A stretch of DNA of 64,000 nt, from the NCBI GenBank assembly GCA_035606665.1, contig DATNEY010000026.1, positions 215,575 through 279,574 on the forward strand, read 5' to 3'. Shown here piece by piece: positions 34,421 to 43,736 of this stretch. The stretch is from Vicinamibacterales bacterium. GTDB lineage: Bacteria > Acidobacteriota > Vicinamibacteria > Vicinamibacterales > SCN-69-37. Position 1 is the stretch's first letter, and each line of letters opens with the position of its first letter. Below the pieces are notes generated by a model. The model made no database searches. It worked only from the letters and a program-made list of their open reading frames with translations, and was not told where the DNA came from. A program made the translations under genes and the position numbers.

Positions 34421-35643
34421 TGTCTGTGGGCACGCCTATAGCGATCGAAATCGACCGCTCCAAGCGGTACCGCGTTGGGGAGAGCGGAGTGATTGCGCTT
34501 CGCGTGACCGGCCTGGCGGCCGCCGCGCGATCAATCCATGTTCGAGTAGCCGGCCCTGGGCTCGATTCCCAGCGCGATCTTGCGTGCGAGCGAACGTCGG
34601 ACCCGCTCCTGGCCGCACTACTGCCGTGGGTTCCGCCTCACGCCGGCGAATCGCTGCTGGCGGTGTCGGGTACCGTCGGGGATGGGCGGCGCCGAGTGGG
34701 GCAGTTTGACGCGGCATTTTCAGTCGTCGTTGAACGGGCGCAGGCCGGGCCGAGCGTGTCCTACGTGATCCAGGGCCAGACGATCGACTTCAAGGGCGTC
34801 GACCTGAGCACCGTGGTACGGGAGCAGCGTCACGAGGAGATCCCGGCCGGCGCGCCGAGGTGGGAGTCGCTGGGTCTGGATTGGACGCCGGCCCGGCCAA
34901 TTCATGTTCTGGACGGCCCTTCTGCAAGCCGTAGGGCCGTTCTAAGGGCTGTAGAAACCGGCGTCGAATGGGTTGTCGTGACAGGCGCGCGCATCGCGTG
35001 CGGGCGTCACTCGCAGAACGACGTGGTCCTACGATTCCTTCCCGAGAATTCAGAAAACGACCAGCGCAGCGCGGTCATCAGCCGTGAACAGTTCGCCTTG
35101 GTGGTCGATGCAGGCCAAGTGCTTGCTGAAGTCTCGGGTACCAGCCCGACCTTCATCGACGGCAACAGGCTCACGCAGGGAAGCCGAGCTCTGATTGTGA
35201 CCGGGACGAGGTTGATGGCGGGACTGATGGGGCTCGAGTTGATGGCGGACATCCGGCACGACGACGATGCGGCTGCGGTGGAGACGCTCGCTCTGATCCA
35301 CGCCGAACACGATCGACAGCCCGTCGCTCATGCGCCGTCGGCTCCGACGATGGTTCGCCTGCGACGCGTCGGCAACCACCCCGGCGTGGAGTATTGCTGG
35401 CTCCACCGTTCAGTGACGCTCGGGACCACGTCGGAATGCGGATGGCGGCTGTCGCCACCGGCGGCTCCCCGGCAGGCGCGTCTCTTTTTCGTGAACGGGC
35501 GCTTCTTCATGGAGGCGCTAGCCTCGAAGCCGGCGCTGGTCATCTCAGGCCACGCGTTGGAGGCCGGGGATGTTCGGCAACTCGGCGCCGCCGAGCAAAT
35601 CCGGTGCGCCGAACAGGCATTCGACTGGCGTATCGATCGCTGA
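34420..35643 (+). CDS. Protein with two FHA (forkhead-associated) domains
   Basis: Two segments with FHA-like layout (CGRHSQNDVVL...ISREQFALVVDAGQVLAEVSGTSPTFIDGNRL ; LHRSVTLGTTSECGWRL...ARLFFVNGRFFMEA). Start overlaps the upstream stop (TGATG). Confidence 0.75.
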   Translation: MSVGTPIAIEIDRSKRYRVGESGVIALRVTGLAAAARSIHVRVAGPGLDSQRDLACERTSDPLLAALLPWVPPHAGESLLAVSGTVGDGRRRVGQFDAAFSVVVERAQAGPSVSYVIQGQTIDFKGVDLSTVVREQRHEEIPAGAPRWESLGLDWTPARPIHVLDGPSASRRAVLRAVETGVEWVVVTGARIACGRHSQNDVVLRFLPENSENDQRSAVISREQFALVVDAGQVLAEVSGTSPTFIDGNRLTQGSRALIVTGTRLMAGLMGLELMADIRHDDDAAAVETLALIHAEHDRQPVAHAPSAPTMVRLRRVGNHPGVEYCWLHRSVTLGTTSECGWRLSPPAAPRQARLFFVNGRFFMEALASKPALVISGHALEAGDVRQLGAAEQIRCAEQAFDWRIDR

Positions 35644-35652
35644 AGTCAGACC

Positions 35653-37068
35653 ATGAGCGTCTCCTTGCGGCTTCCACGCTTCCTTTCACGCCGTGTTCAG
35701 GTAGCGGTTCCTGCCCAGCAGGCGTCGGCGACGTTCGCTGCGCACGAACTCCCGCGCTGCGGCTATCTCGCTGTCGGCCATGGCGCCGCCCTCGTCGAGA
35801 AGGACACGATTCAGGACGTCGTGATGGCTCACGCTCGCCCAGAGCCACTGGACCGATTGCGAACCGGAGCGTCGAAATCCGCGGACGCGTTCGTATGCGT
35901 GTGGTTGTTCCGACCCGTCTGCCTGGCTCTTGACCCGGTCGGAGTCGTTTCGCGCGACGGTCACAGTTTTCTGATCTCCCTCGGTCTGTCAGTTCGATTC
36001 GCCGAGCGCGCGCACGCCGGCGATCGATTCCGAACGTTGCCGGCTTCACTCGCGGATGTGTCAAATCAGCTGTGGTCGCCAATCGCCGCGGCGCTGCGCG
36101 CCGCCGCGCGTGATGTCGATGGCGAGGCACTGTTTTCGCGATGGCCGACGGACACGGTTGTGTCGGAACTTGTGTGTCAGGCGGCGCAAGCCACCGGCGA
36201 TGGAGTTCTGTCGACCGTCGGCCCGGCGGAGATCGGCCTCCGTAACCCGTTCTTCGAGTCCCAGCGTGAGCAGCACACCGACCGGTCCACCCGCCGAGGC
36301 GAACTCGCCCTGCTCGAGGAAGACAGTCGGATTCGCGGCGCCGTACGGGTGCTCGTGCATCAGGAACGGCTGATCAACTTGCAGCGCGACGCCGAATTCG
36401 AGGCGGTCGCGACGACGCTTGGTCAGGACGCCGAGCTGCGTGCGAGGGCACTGCGAAAAGAACTGCAACGGGAGGATCTCGATGCCGCCGCGGAGCGAGT
36501 CGCGGCGGCGCGCAGAAGCGCAGACCTTGTCGCTGATCTTGTCGCGGCGGTGGACAAGACCCATGCGGCCGTTTTTGAGTCGGGGAGCCGCCTCGCATCG
36601 GCGCTCACGGCCGCGGTTGGATCGCTCGGCGCTGGCCGTTTCACCGCGCACGAACTCGAATGGGTGCGGTCCGCCCTTGCAAACGCTGCGCTGGCCGCTC
36701 GATCGCCTGAGGATGTGCTGGCGGCGATCCAGAATGGCGGCCCGCTGTCGTCCATCCTCGTCGATCCATTCCGCCGCCTCGATGGCGTGCACTCGGTCAA
36801 GCCCGGGACCAGATGGCGGGTGTTCGACGGCGAGACGCTCTGGACGATTGCCGTACAGCAGATCGACTGGCGGCGGTGCGGGTTTCTTTGGCTGCGTCAG
36901 CGCCCGAAGGCTGCTCGACTGCACATCGTTGGCAAGCCGGATGGCCGCGAACTGCGATATCACGTTGGGACCGAGGATATGATCCTTGAGATTCATTCTC
37001 ACAGGGTCGCGTGTCGCCTGCAGTCGGACGTTGCGGTTCCGACCCTACGGTTCGCAAGTTCGGCATAG
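35653..37068 (+). CDS. Hypothetical 471-aa protein
   Basis: Long ORF starting 10 nt after the FHA gene stop. No motif recognised. Confidence 0.6.
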   Translation: MSVSLRLPRFLSRRVQVAVPAQQASATFAAHELPRCGYLAVGHGAALVEKDTIQDVVMAHARPEPLDRLRTGASKSADAFVCVWLFRPVCLALDPVGVVSRDGHSFLISLGLSVRFAERAHAGDRFRTLPASLADVSNQLWSPIAAALRAAARDVDGEALFSRWPTDTVVSELVCQAAQATGDGVLSTVGPAEIGLRNPFFESQREQHTDRSTRRGELALLEEDSRIRGAVRVLVHQERLINLQRDAEFEAVATTLGQDAELRARALRKELQREDLDAAAERVAAARRSADLVADLVAAVDKTHAAVFESGSRLASALTAAVGSLGAGRFTAHELEWVRSALANAALAARSPEDVLAAIQNGGPLSSILVDPFRRLDGVHSVKPGTRWRVFDGETLWTIAVQQIDWRRCGFLWLRQRPKAARLHIVGKPDGRELRYHVGTEDMILEIHSHRVACRLQSDVAVPTLRFASSA

Positions 37069-37138
37069 CCAACGTAAGCCGACTCTGATTCCTGGTTCTC
37101 AGTCGATCGGGATGGAATCCCGAGAAAAGAAGGTAGCG

Positions 37139-38356
37139 ATGGCGCGAAAGTTCATTCTGGTGTTCCTGGGGTGTTGGCTTGTCAGCACCGGCCCACTGCG
37201 GGCTCAGGCGTTGAATCTTGAGATGCGAGGCCTGGCCGAAAGACTGAGCAAGGCCGTTCAAGGACAAGGCATCAAGAACCTCGCCATCGTGGACTTCACA
37301 GATATTCAGGACCAGCCGACCGAACTCGGGCGGGTCCTGGCGGACAGGCTTACAGCTGAGGTTGTGTCACTCGGCCAGGTATCGGTGGTCGATCGAGCCA
37401 ACCTCAAAACCGTTCTCGCGGAGCACAAGCTCACAGCAGCGGGCCTCGTGAACCCGGCAGATGCCAAGAAACTGGGGGAATTCGCTGGGGCGGACGCGGT
37501 TGTTACCGGTACGATCACTGTCCTCGAAGGAGTTGGGCTGACAATCAAGGCCATCTCCACGGGGTCGGCGAAAGTCGCTGCGGCTGGAACCATCACATTT
37601 TCCATGACTCCTGACATCCAGCAGCTTCTCAATCGCCGGATACTCTCCGGTTCGACCGGTGCTGGGGGCTTGGCCGGCGCTTCGACTAACTCCGAGATGG
37701 GTACCATTGTGACCAAAGATTTTGGCCCTCTTCGAGTGACTCTCAAATCGGTATCGCCGCTCCAGACCAGGGACGTTTCCGGCCGCAGCGTGAACAGCGT
37801 AAGTGGAATCCGCTGCACTTTCGAGTTCACCAGTCGGGAAACGCAACGGTCAATTGTTGTCGGACTAAATGCCGTACCGGATGATCGGCCGCCGGTTGAG
37901 GGCAGGGTTCTTCGCACGACGCTGATCGACGATCACGGCAGTACCTGGTATCTTTTCGCACCGGACGTCAGTGGGCTGAGTATCGTGTCTGTTGGGTTGC
38001 GTGACCCTCGGACTAGGTACGATCCGACAGACATCGGGACTGCCCTCCGGCGTCAGGACCTGACGGGTGCAAACACGGCGACTGCCCCTCCTTCGACTTC
38101 CCCCACCGGCGGTAACCCTTTCGACAGAGTCCCCTACACGTTTGTATTTGGCACAACGACTCCACTCACCCCAGGACAGAGCCTGACGGTGACCATGAAC
38201 TTCGCGCAGCCTGACCGCGACTCGCGCAGCCCCCGACCGCAGTTCTTCCAGCTTGTGAGCGAGATGGTCGTGGGCGTGGTTACTTCAGACCGGGAGAAGA
38301 CCTACTCGCTCCACAATGTGGCGTTCGATCACGTGACCATGCCAGGCGGCGGCTAG
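37139..38356 (+). CDS. Lipoprotein with FlgO/CsgG/LpoB-like domain (paralog of 17742..19073). Start moved to the Met preceding the signal peptide.
   Basis: MARKFILVFLGCWLVSTGPLRAQA signal. LAIVDFTDIQDQPTELGRVLADRL...DRANLKTVLAEHKL...GADAVVTGTIT. Confidence 0.75.
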   Translation: MARKFILVFLGCWLVSTGPLRAQALNLEMRGLAERLSKAVQGQGIKNLAIVDFTDIQDQPTELGRVLADRLTAEVVSLGQVSVVDRANLKTVLAEHKLTAAGLVNPADAKKLGEFAGADAVVTGTITVLEGVGLTIKAISTGSAKVAAAGTITFSMTPDIQQLLNRRILSGSTGAGGLAGASTNSEMGTIVTKDFGPLRVTLKSVSPLQTRDVSGRSVNSVSGIRCTFEFTSRETQRSIVVGLNAVPDDRPPVEGRVLRTTLIDDHGSTWYLFAPDVSGLSIVSVGLRDPRTRYDPTDIGTALRRQDLTGANTATAPPSTSPTGGNPFDRVPYTFVFGTTTPLTPGQSLTVTMNFAQPDRDSRSPRPQFFQLVSEMVVGVVTSDREKTYSLHNVAFDHVTMPGGG

Positions 38357-38881
38357 TTGGAGACTGTGTGAGCCAGTTCTCTGTGAGTCTCAAGGACATC
38401 GGTGCATGGAAACCGGCCGCGAGGGTCTGCGCCCCGGTGTGTGTTTTGAGGCATTTCTGACTATGCGATCCTAGAAGGCCTTTTGGTAACGACTGGCATC
38501 TTGCCGCGTCTCTTTCCGCGGCATCGTGCGCAACGGCTTGGCCATCGTCCGCCCTCTGACAATCAGTTCTGACTTTGAAGTGTAAGGTCTCCACTATCGT
38601 TGGAGACTCGCAGCTGGGCCGCTGATCATCTCTGGGCATCCTGTCCGCTAATCGAACCGCCGGCATCCAACCGGGAGGGTTGCCGGCCGAAAGCTGTGAT
38701 CCGAACTGTGATCCAACCCCGACGAAATACTGGTTGCTACCGAGGTTTACGGCTTGTTACCGAGATCGATGAATCGCCGCCAAGTCTCTCGCGCTCTATC
38801 ACTTGGCACCATTCCATCGCATGCCATCATTTCTTTCGTTTTCTCCTGTTAACCGGAGGGTTGGCAAGCGGCTCGGGTGGC
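38357..38881. other. 525-bp lower-GC non-coding region between convergent genes. Contains repeated GTTGGAGACT and GGAGGGTTG words and bulged GC hairpins. Candidate terminators or small RNA.
   Basis: No ORF with coding-like GC3. Hairpin CCGGCAtccAACC-gggag-GGTTGCCGG at ~38668-38696. Stem GTCTCCA-ctatcgt-TGGAGAC at ~38588-38610. Confidence 0.35.
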
Positions 38882-40231
38882 TCACTTCCCCCTCAACTTC
38901 CTCAACACCCTGTCGTTGATCCAATGCTCGTCCCACCACTCGATCGGATTCACCATCTGTCCGTTCACGAGCATGGTGAAGTGCAGATGGTCACCGCCCG
39001 CGAGGCCGGTCATGCCGCTCTTGCCGAGTTCCTGTTGTTTCGCGACCATGTCGCCGACCTTGACGGCGATCGATGAGAGATGGCCATAGAGCGACTGCAC
39101 GCCGAGGCCGTGATCGATGACGACGCAGTTGCCGTAGATGCCGAGATCGCCGGCGAAGAGGACCTTGCCGCGGTTGGCGGCGATGATGGGCGTGTTGGCA
39201 AACGATGCGAGATCGAAGCCGAGGTGGACCTGCTTGTCGACCTCGCGGCCCTGATACACGTAAGTCCGGAAGTCGGCGAACGCGGCCTCGGCCTTGGTGT
39301 TCGTGAACGGATGAAAGACGACGCCGTTCCAGAGCATCTCCGGTGATGTCTGCGAAGCCATCGCCTTGATCGTCGCGTTGTTCTTGAGACGCAGCTCGCG
39401 ATTGATCGCAACGTACTGCTCGATCATCGTCCCCGTCGGCTTGAAGTCCTTGGCGCCGTCGCCGGCGAGAACCGCGGGGACGACGCGCTCGAGAAACTTG
39501 TCCTCGAGCGGGATGGTGCTCTTCTTGAACGGCTTCGGGAACGTGAGGTGATCGAAGTCGCTCGTCGCCTCCTCGCCGGTGGGATCGCGCGCGAACAGCT
39601 TCATCGGCACGTTCACAGGCTGGTCGTAACGGAGGGCGAAGAAGGCCACCCGCAGTGTCGACGGATCGCCATCGGTCACGAGCCCGTTGAGCTTGACGCC
39701 GGCGATGGGGAAGCCGGGATACTCGATGTCGCCGACGCGCACGCCGGAGGCCGCATCGGCCGGTGTGGCTCGGTACACGATCATCTCCGACCCGCCAAGA
39801 TTGATGTAGTGCTTGGTCGAGACGACCGACACGCGAGGCTTCTCGAGCCGAATGGTGAGGGGCTTCGACACCTCAGCCGTGACCCGGCGAATCCACCACA
39901 CCTTTCGTGACGCAGAGACGATAAGGTTCGCCGGCCCAGCCTTGGGGGCAAAGCCGGGCACCTCCTTGGCGCCCGCAACCACATTGGTCATTGTGGAACC
40001 CTCGGGCGCTTCGAAACCGGGCAGCGGAGTGCGCGTGCCGTTCTGCTCGAAGAAAACCTGCACCTCGGCGGGCGAGGGCGAGGCGATCTGCAATTCGATC
40101 GGAATCGTCGCGCCGGCAAAGTCACCGGGCTTGACGATGGTTATTGACGGGCCTGGCCGGAATCCGGCTGCGACATATACGCCGAGGGCAACCAGGACGA
40201 GGACAACGACAGCGACGAGAAGCTTGCGCAC
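38882..40231 (-). CDS. M23 family metallopeptidase (LytM domain) with N-terminal TM/signal
   Basis: HLGFDLA...GNCVVIDHGLGVQSLYGHLSSIAVKVGDMV...GDHLHFTMLVNG. Confidence 0.85.
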   Translation of the reverse strand: MRKLLVAVVVLVLVALGVYVAAGFRPGPSITIVKPGDFAGATIPIELQIASPSPAEVQVFFEQNGTRTPLPGFEAPEGSTMTNVVAGAKEVPGFAPKAGPANLIVSASRKVWWIRRVTAEVSKPLTIRLEKPRVSVVSTKHYINLGGSEMIVYRATPADAASGVRVGDIEYPGFPIAGVKLNGLVTDGDPSTLRVAFFALRYDQPVNVPMKLFARDPTGEEATSDFDHLTFPKPFKKSTIPLEDKFLERVVPAVLAGDGAKDFKPTGTMIEQYVAINRELRLKNNATIKAMASQTSPEMLWNGVVFHPFTNTKAEAAFADFRTYVYQGREVDKQVHLGFDLASFANTPIIAANRGKVLFAGDLGIYGNCVVIDHGLGVQSLYGHLSSIAVKVGDMVAKQQELGKSGMTGLAGGDHLHFTMLVNGQMVNPIEWWDEHWINDRVLRKLRGK

Positions 40232-40319
40232 GCTGGCATCGTACCAAAAGTGATGCGGGCAACGACGCGAACGAGCGGGAACGACGGGAACGAACGTGAA
40301 CGAAAGCCGGTTCGAGGTT

Positions 40320-40823
40320 CTACTTCCCGATCCTATCCATCGTGTAGATCCGCTCGCCCGCGGCTCGATTCGCCGTCGCGGGCAGGAAGATCACCGCGCG
40401 CCACTGATTGGCGTCGACGCGCTCCCACTTCCAGCCGCTGCCGGCACGTCCGACGTTCGCGAACGTGATGGACTTCTCGTCGAACGCTGTTGCGACCGAG
40501 CGTGTGGGATCGGCGCCGGATCCGAACTCGCCGTTCTTGAGCTCGAACCGGCTGGTGTCCTTGACCTTGTCGTCCTCAATGGTGTCCACGAGGAGCGTGG
40601 TTCCCTCGAAGCGATACCGCTCGTAGAACGTCGGCACGCCACCGCCGGTACCCCTCCAGCAACCCTCGATCCAGTGAAGCTTCTGCAGATCCGCCGCAGT
40701 GAGAGTGCGCGGCTTGAGGGGCGCAGTCTGTGCCTGCCTTCGCTCTTCGAGCTTCGGCGAGGCAAGGCTCCAGCCGCTGAGGCAGACGACGCAGATCAGA
40801 ACAGCGACGGTTCGAGAGAGCAT
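40320..40823 (-). CDS. Secreted hypothetical protein
   Basis: Signal peptide MLSRTVAVLICVVCLSGWSLASP. Coding-like composition. Confidence 0.55.
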   Translation of the reverse strand: MLSRTVAVLICVVCLSGWSLASPKLEERRQAQTAPLKPRTLTAADLQKLHWIEGCWRGTGGGVPTFYERYRFEGTTLLVDTIEDDKVKDTSRFELKNGEFGSGADPTRSVATAFDEKSITFANVGRAGSGWKWERVDANQWRAVIFLPATANRAAGERIYTMDRIGK

Positions 40824-40893
40824 GCGTCAGTTTACCGCTCGCAATCCCGGCGACGGCACAGCCATTGCTCATGTACTGGCTGAGGTTGGGTTT

Positions 40894-41895
40894 ATGACGT
40901 CCAGCGGCATATCTCGGCAGAACGGCGACCAGAAGTCGGTAATTAAGCGCGCGCGGTGGACAATCGCGGCATTCTTCGGAGCGATGACGGCCGTCGCCGT
41001 CCCGATCGGTGGAGCGGCGCAGCAGAAGCCCGCATCAGCGCCGCAGGCGCAGGCGGCCGGGGCAATCTCAGTGCTCGATCAGCAGATCCGTCTCGATCGG
41101 GCCGGCTTCTCGCCGGGCGAAATTGACGGCGTGCCGGGCGCGAACACCGATCGCGCGTTGGCGGCGGCGAAGAAGGCGGGCCGGGACCTGGAGTCCGATT
41201 CCGCTGAAACGACGGTCGCGCACAAGATCGCGCCAGAAGAAGTCGCCGGGCCCTTCACGCAACCGATCCCGCGCGACCTGATGGAGCAGTCGAAGCTCGA
41301 GGCACTGAACTACTCGTCCGCGCTCGAAGCGCTGGGCGAGCGCTTTCATTGCTCGCCGGCGCTGCTGCGGAAACTGAATCCCGGCGCGAAGTTCGCCGCC
41401 GGTGAATCAATCACCGTGCCCAATGTGATGCCCCGAGGAGGCGAAGAGCCGGCGCCCGCGCGTGGCAGCGTGCCGCCCGGTCCCGCTCTCACCATCGTCG
41501 TCTCCAAGAGCACGTCGTCGCTGACGCTCGTGGACGAGAAGGGGACGGTCGTCTTTCACGCGCCCGTGACGAGCGGCAGCGAGCACGATCCACTGCCGAT
41601 CGGGAAGTGGGCCGTGACGACCGTGAGCCGGCGGCCGGCGTTTCACTACAACCCGGAACTGTTCTGGGACGCGAATCCCACCCACGCGAAGGCGAAGATT
41701 CCGGCCGGCCCGAACAATCCCGTCGGCCTGGTGTGGATCGACCTGACGCGCGAGCACTACGGCATCCACGGCACTCCGGAGCCCGGAAAAATCGGGCACA
41801 CCGAATCGCATGGATGCGTGCGCCTGACGAACTGGGACGCGCTCCACGTCGCAAGCCTCGTACGCAAGGGGACCGTCGTGCTGTTCGAACAATAG
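40894..41895 (+). CDS. L,D-transpeptidase (YkuD domain) with peptidoglycan-binding domain
   Basis: YkuD motif GIHGTPEPGKIGHTESHGCVRLTNWD. PG-binding-like LDRAGFSPGEIDGVPGANTDRAL. Start set at Met66 of the track ORF (signal-like RWTIAAFFGAMTAVAV). Confidence 0.8.
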   Translation: MTSSGISRQNGDQKSVIKRARWTIAAFFGAMTAVAVPIGGAAQQKPASAPQAQAAGAISVLDQQIRLDRAGFSPGEIDGVPGANTDRALAAAKKAGRDLESDSAETTVAHKIAPEEVAGPFTQPIPRDLMEQSKLEALNYSSALEALGERFHCSPALLRKLNPGAKFAAGESITVPNVMPRGGEEPAPARGSVPPGPALTIVVSKSTSSLTLVDEKGTVVFHAPVTSGSEHDPLPIGKWAVTTVSRRPAFHYNPELFWDANPTHAKAKIPAGPNNPVGLVWIDLTREHYGIHGTPEPGKIGHTESHGCVRLTNWDALHVASLVRKGTVVLFEQ

Positions 41896-41928
41896 GCCTG
41901 GGCTTCCGCTTCGGCGGTCAGGATCAAC

Positions 41929-42642
41929 ATGAAAAGAGTCAGGCGGTCGTGGTCGCACGCGCTGGCATTCCTTGCCGGTGCCGGCGTGACGAGTGCGCTG
42001 ATCTGGAGCATCCAGAACGCTCCGGCGCGTCTGCAGGCGCGGCTCGCGGACGACTGCGGTCCCCTCGCGACCGAGGCCGAGGCACGCGGGGGCGTTCCGC
42101 GCGAGCAGCCGTCCGCAAAAGGACGAGACGATGAGCCGATCCGAACGAGCCGCAGCACTGCTGTGATGCCGGTGATTGGCGCGGACTCGCTCGCTGATCT
42201 CCACTCGCGTGCGCTCATGCTGCCCGTGAAGGGCATGAAGGTCGATGACCTGCAGGAGTCATTCGACGACAAGCGCGGCGAGGGCCGGCGGCACGAGGCG
42301 ATCGACATCCTGGCCCCGCGCAACACGCCCGTGCTCGCCGTCGAGGACGGCACCATCGCGCGGCTCTTCACGAGCAAGGCGGGCGGCCTGACTGTCTATC
42401 AGTTCGATCCCGCGTCCCGCTATGCCTACTACTACGCGCATCTGGAGCGATACGCTCCAGGACTGACCGGCGGCGCCGAGGTCCGGCGTGGCCAGCTGCT
42501 CGGGTTTGTCGGAACGTCCGGCAACGCTCCACCCGACACCCCGCACCTGCACTTCGCGATCTACAGGCTCAACGACAAGAAGCAATGGTGGCAGGGCACG
42601 CCGATCGATCCGTACATGGTGCTTCGAAAGGCAGGCAGGTAA
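41929..42642 (+). CDS. M23 family metallopeptidase
   Basis: HEAIDILAP...YYYAHLERYAPGL...GTSGNAPPDTPHLHFAIY. Confidence 0.85.
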   Translation: MKRVRRSWSHALAFLAGAGVTSALIWSIQNAPARLQARLADDCGPLATEAEARGGVPREQPSAKGRDDEPIRTSRSTAVMPVIGADSLADLHSRALMLPVKGMKVDDLQESFDDKRGEGRRHEAIDILAPRNTPVLAVEDGTIARLFTSKAGGLTVYQFDPASRYAYYYAHLERYAPGLTGGAEVRRGQLLGFVGTSGNAPPDTPHLHFAIYRLNDKKQWWQGTPIDPYMVLRKAGR

Positions 42643-42686
42643 CGACGGGTAACGACGGGTGACGACAGGTAACGACAGGTGACGAG
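42638..42686. repeat. Tandem array of a 10-bp unit GTRACGACRG (~5 copies), with the stop codon TAA embedded in it
   Basis: gtaacgacgg gtaacgacgg gtgacgacag gtaacgacag gtgacgagg read directly. Confidence 0.85.
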
Positions 42687-42844
42687 GCGGGCTGAACAGT
42701 CCTGTCAGCACCCGGTTTGACGATTCTCCAATGCGATTCCTCGAAAGCTTTGGAGAAACTCCATCGTCGCAAGACCCGCACTTCGGTTTGCAGCCGCGCG
42801 AGTTCGGCACCGCGCTTGCAGTAGATCGGCCACGGCAACGCATC

Positions 42845-43375
42845 ATGGCCAATCGACCATCCATCGTGCCGGGCCAGATCGAACATGCCATTCTTCGCAT
42901 CCGCGGGCTCAATGTGATTCTCGACACTGAGTTGGCTGGGTTGTACGGAGTTGAGACAAAGGTGCTGAATCAGGCCGTCAGGCGCAATATCAAGCGCTTC
43001 CCGTCTGACTTCATGTTCCAGCTCGCTCCAACCGAGGCGGCGGAGGGTTTAAGGTCACAATTTGTGACCTTAAACGCTGGCCGTGGGTCGCATCGAAAAT
43101 ATGCTCCCTACGCCTTCACCGAGCAAGGCGTCGCCATGCTCTCGTCCGTTCTCCGGAGCCCTCGCGCCATCGCGGTGAACATCGAGATCATGCGTGCCTT
43201 TGTCCAGCTGCGCCGTATGCTCGACTCCAACGCCGAACTCGCCCGCAAGCTCGCAGATCTGGAGCGGAAGTACGACGGCAAGTTCAGCGTCGTCTTCGAG
43301 GCCATCAGGCAGCTGATGGCGCCGCCTGCGGCGCCACGCCGGGAGATTGGTTTTCGCGGGAAACGCCCCATGTGA
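42845..43375 (+). CDS. ORF6N/KilA-N-like domain protein (typically associated with mobile elements or phage)
   Basis: IRGLNVILDTELAGLYGVETKVLNQAVRRNIKRFPSDFMFQL...YAFTEQGVAMLSSVLRSPRAIAVNIEIMRAF matches the ORF6N family pattern. Confidence 0.7.
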   Translation: MANRPSIVPGQIEHAILRIRGLNVILDTELAGLYGVETKVLNQAVRRNIKRFPSDFMFQLAPTEAAEGLRSQFVTLNAGRGSHRKYAPYAFTEQGVAMLSSVLRSPRAIAVNIEIMRAFVQLRRMLDSNAELARKLADLERKYDGKFSVVFEAIRQLMAPPAAPRREIGFRGKRPM

Positions 43376-43390
43376 TTCCACGATTCCGAA

Positions 43391-43460
43391 TCAATGGGTC
43401 AATGACCCCAGGAGTGAGGGGTCATTGGCCCAGAAACGCACAGAATCAGATCCCGCGGCG
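43391..43460. repeat. Intergenic element: GGGTCAATGACCCC inverted against GGGGTCATTGGCCCAGA...CAGATCCCGCG. A second copy lies at 46993..47058.
   Basis: ~45-bp block shared with the 47013 region (GGGGTCATTGGCCCAGAnnCnnAnnAAnCAGATCCCGCG). Confidence 0.7.
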
Positions 43461-43562
43461 GCGCCTCGATCGCTCCACAAGCGCGTCGGCCGGCGGCCGA
43501 CAACGATCGTAGTAACCGGGCGCTTCGAGCGGCGCCCTCCAAACCGCATACACTTGCTCCGC

Positions 43563-43736
43563 ATGTCACTCCCCGCGGGCACCAAACTCGGCACGTACGA
43601 AATTATTTCTCCTCTCGGCGCAGGCGGCATGAGCGCCTGCGGCCGGGCGAGCGCGCGAAGCGCGTCGAGCCCTCCAGGCGTGGGGGTGGGGCCCCACGCA
43701 ACTTCTAGAAGAGGACGGCCGAGCCCATGCCGCTAG
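43563..43736 (+). pseudogene. Remnant of a Ser/Thr kinase 5' end (MSLPAGTKLGTYEIISPLGAGGMS...) immediately upstream of the intact kinase
   Basis: ~75% identity in the first 25 codons to the N-terminus of the 43727 kinase (MPLAAGTRLGSFEIISALGAGGMG), then the similarity decays into a GC-rich out-of-context tail. Confidence 0.55.

Noticed and set aside
36061-37002. 313-aa minus-strand ORF
   Set aside because: Antisense to 35653-37068. Arg/Pro-rich. No signal of independent function.
42638-42686. Possibility that the decamer tandem arrays are CRISPR arrays
   Set aside because: Units are 10 bp and contiguous with no spacers. There are no cas genes in the window.
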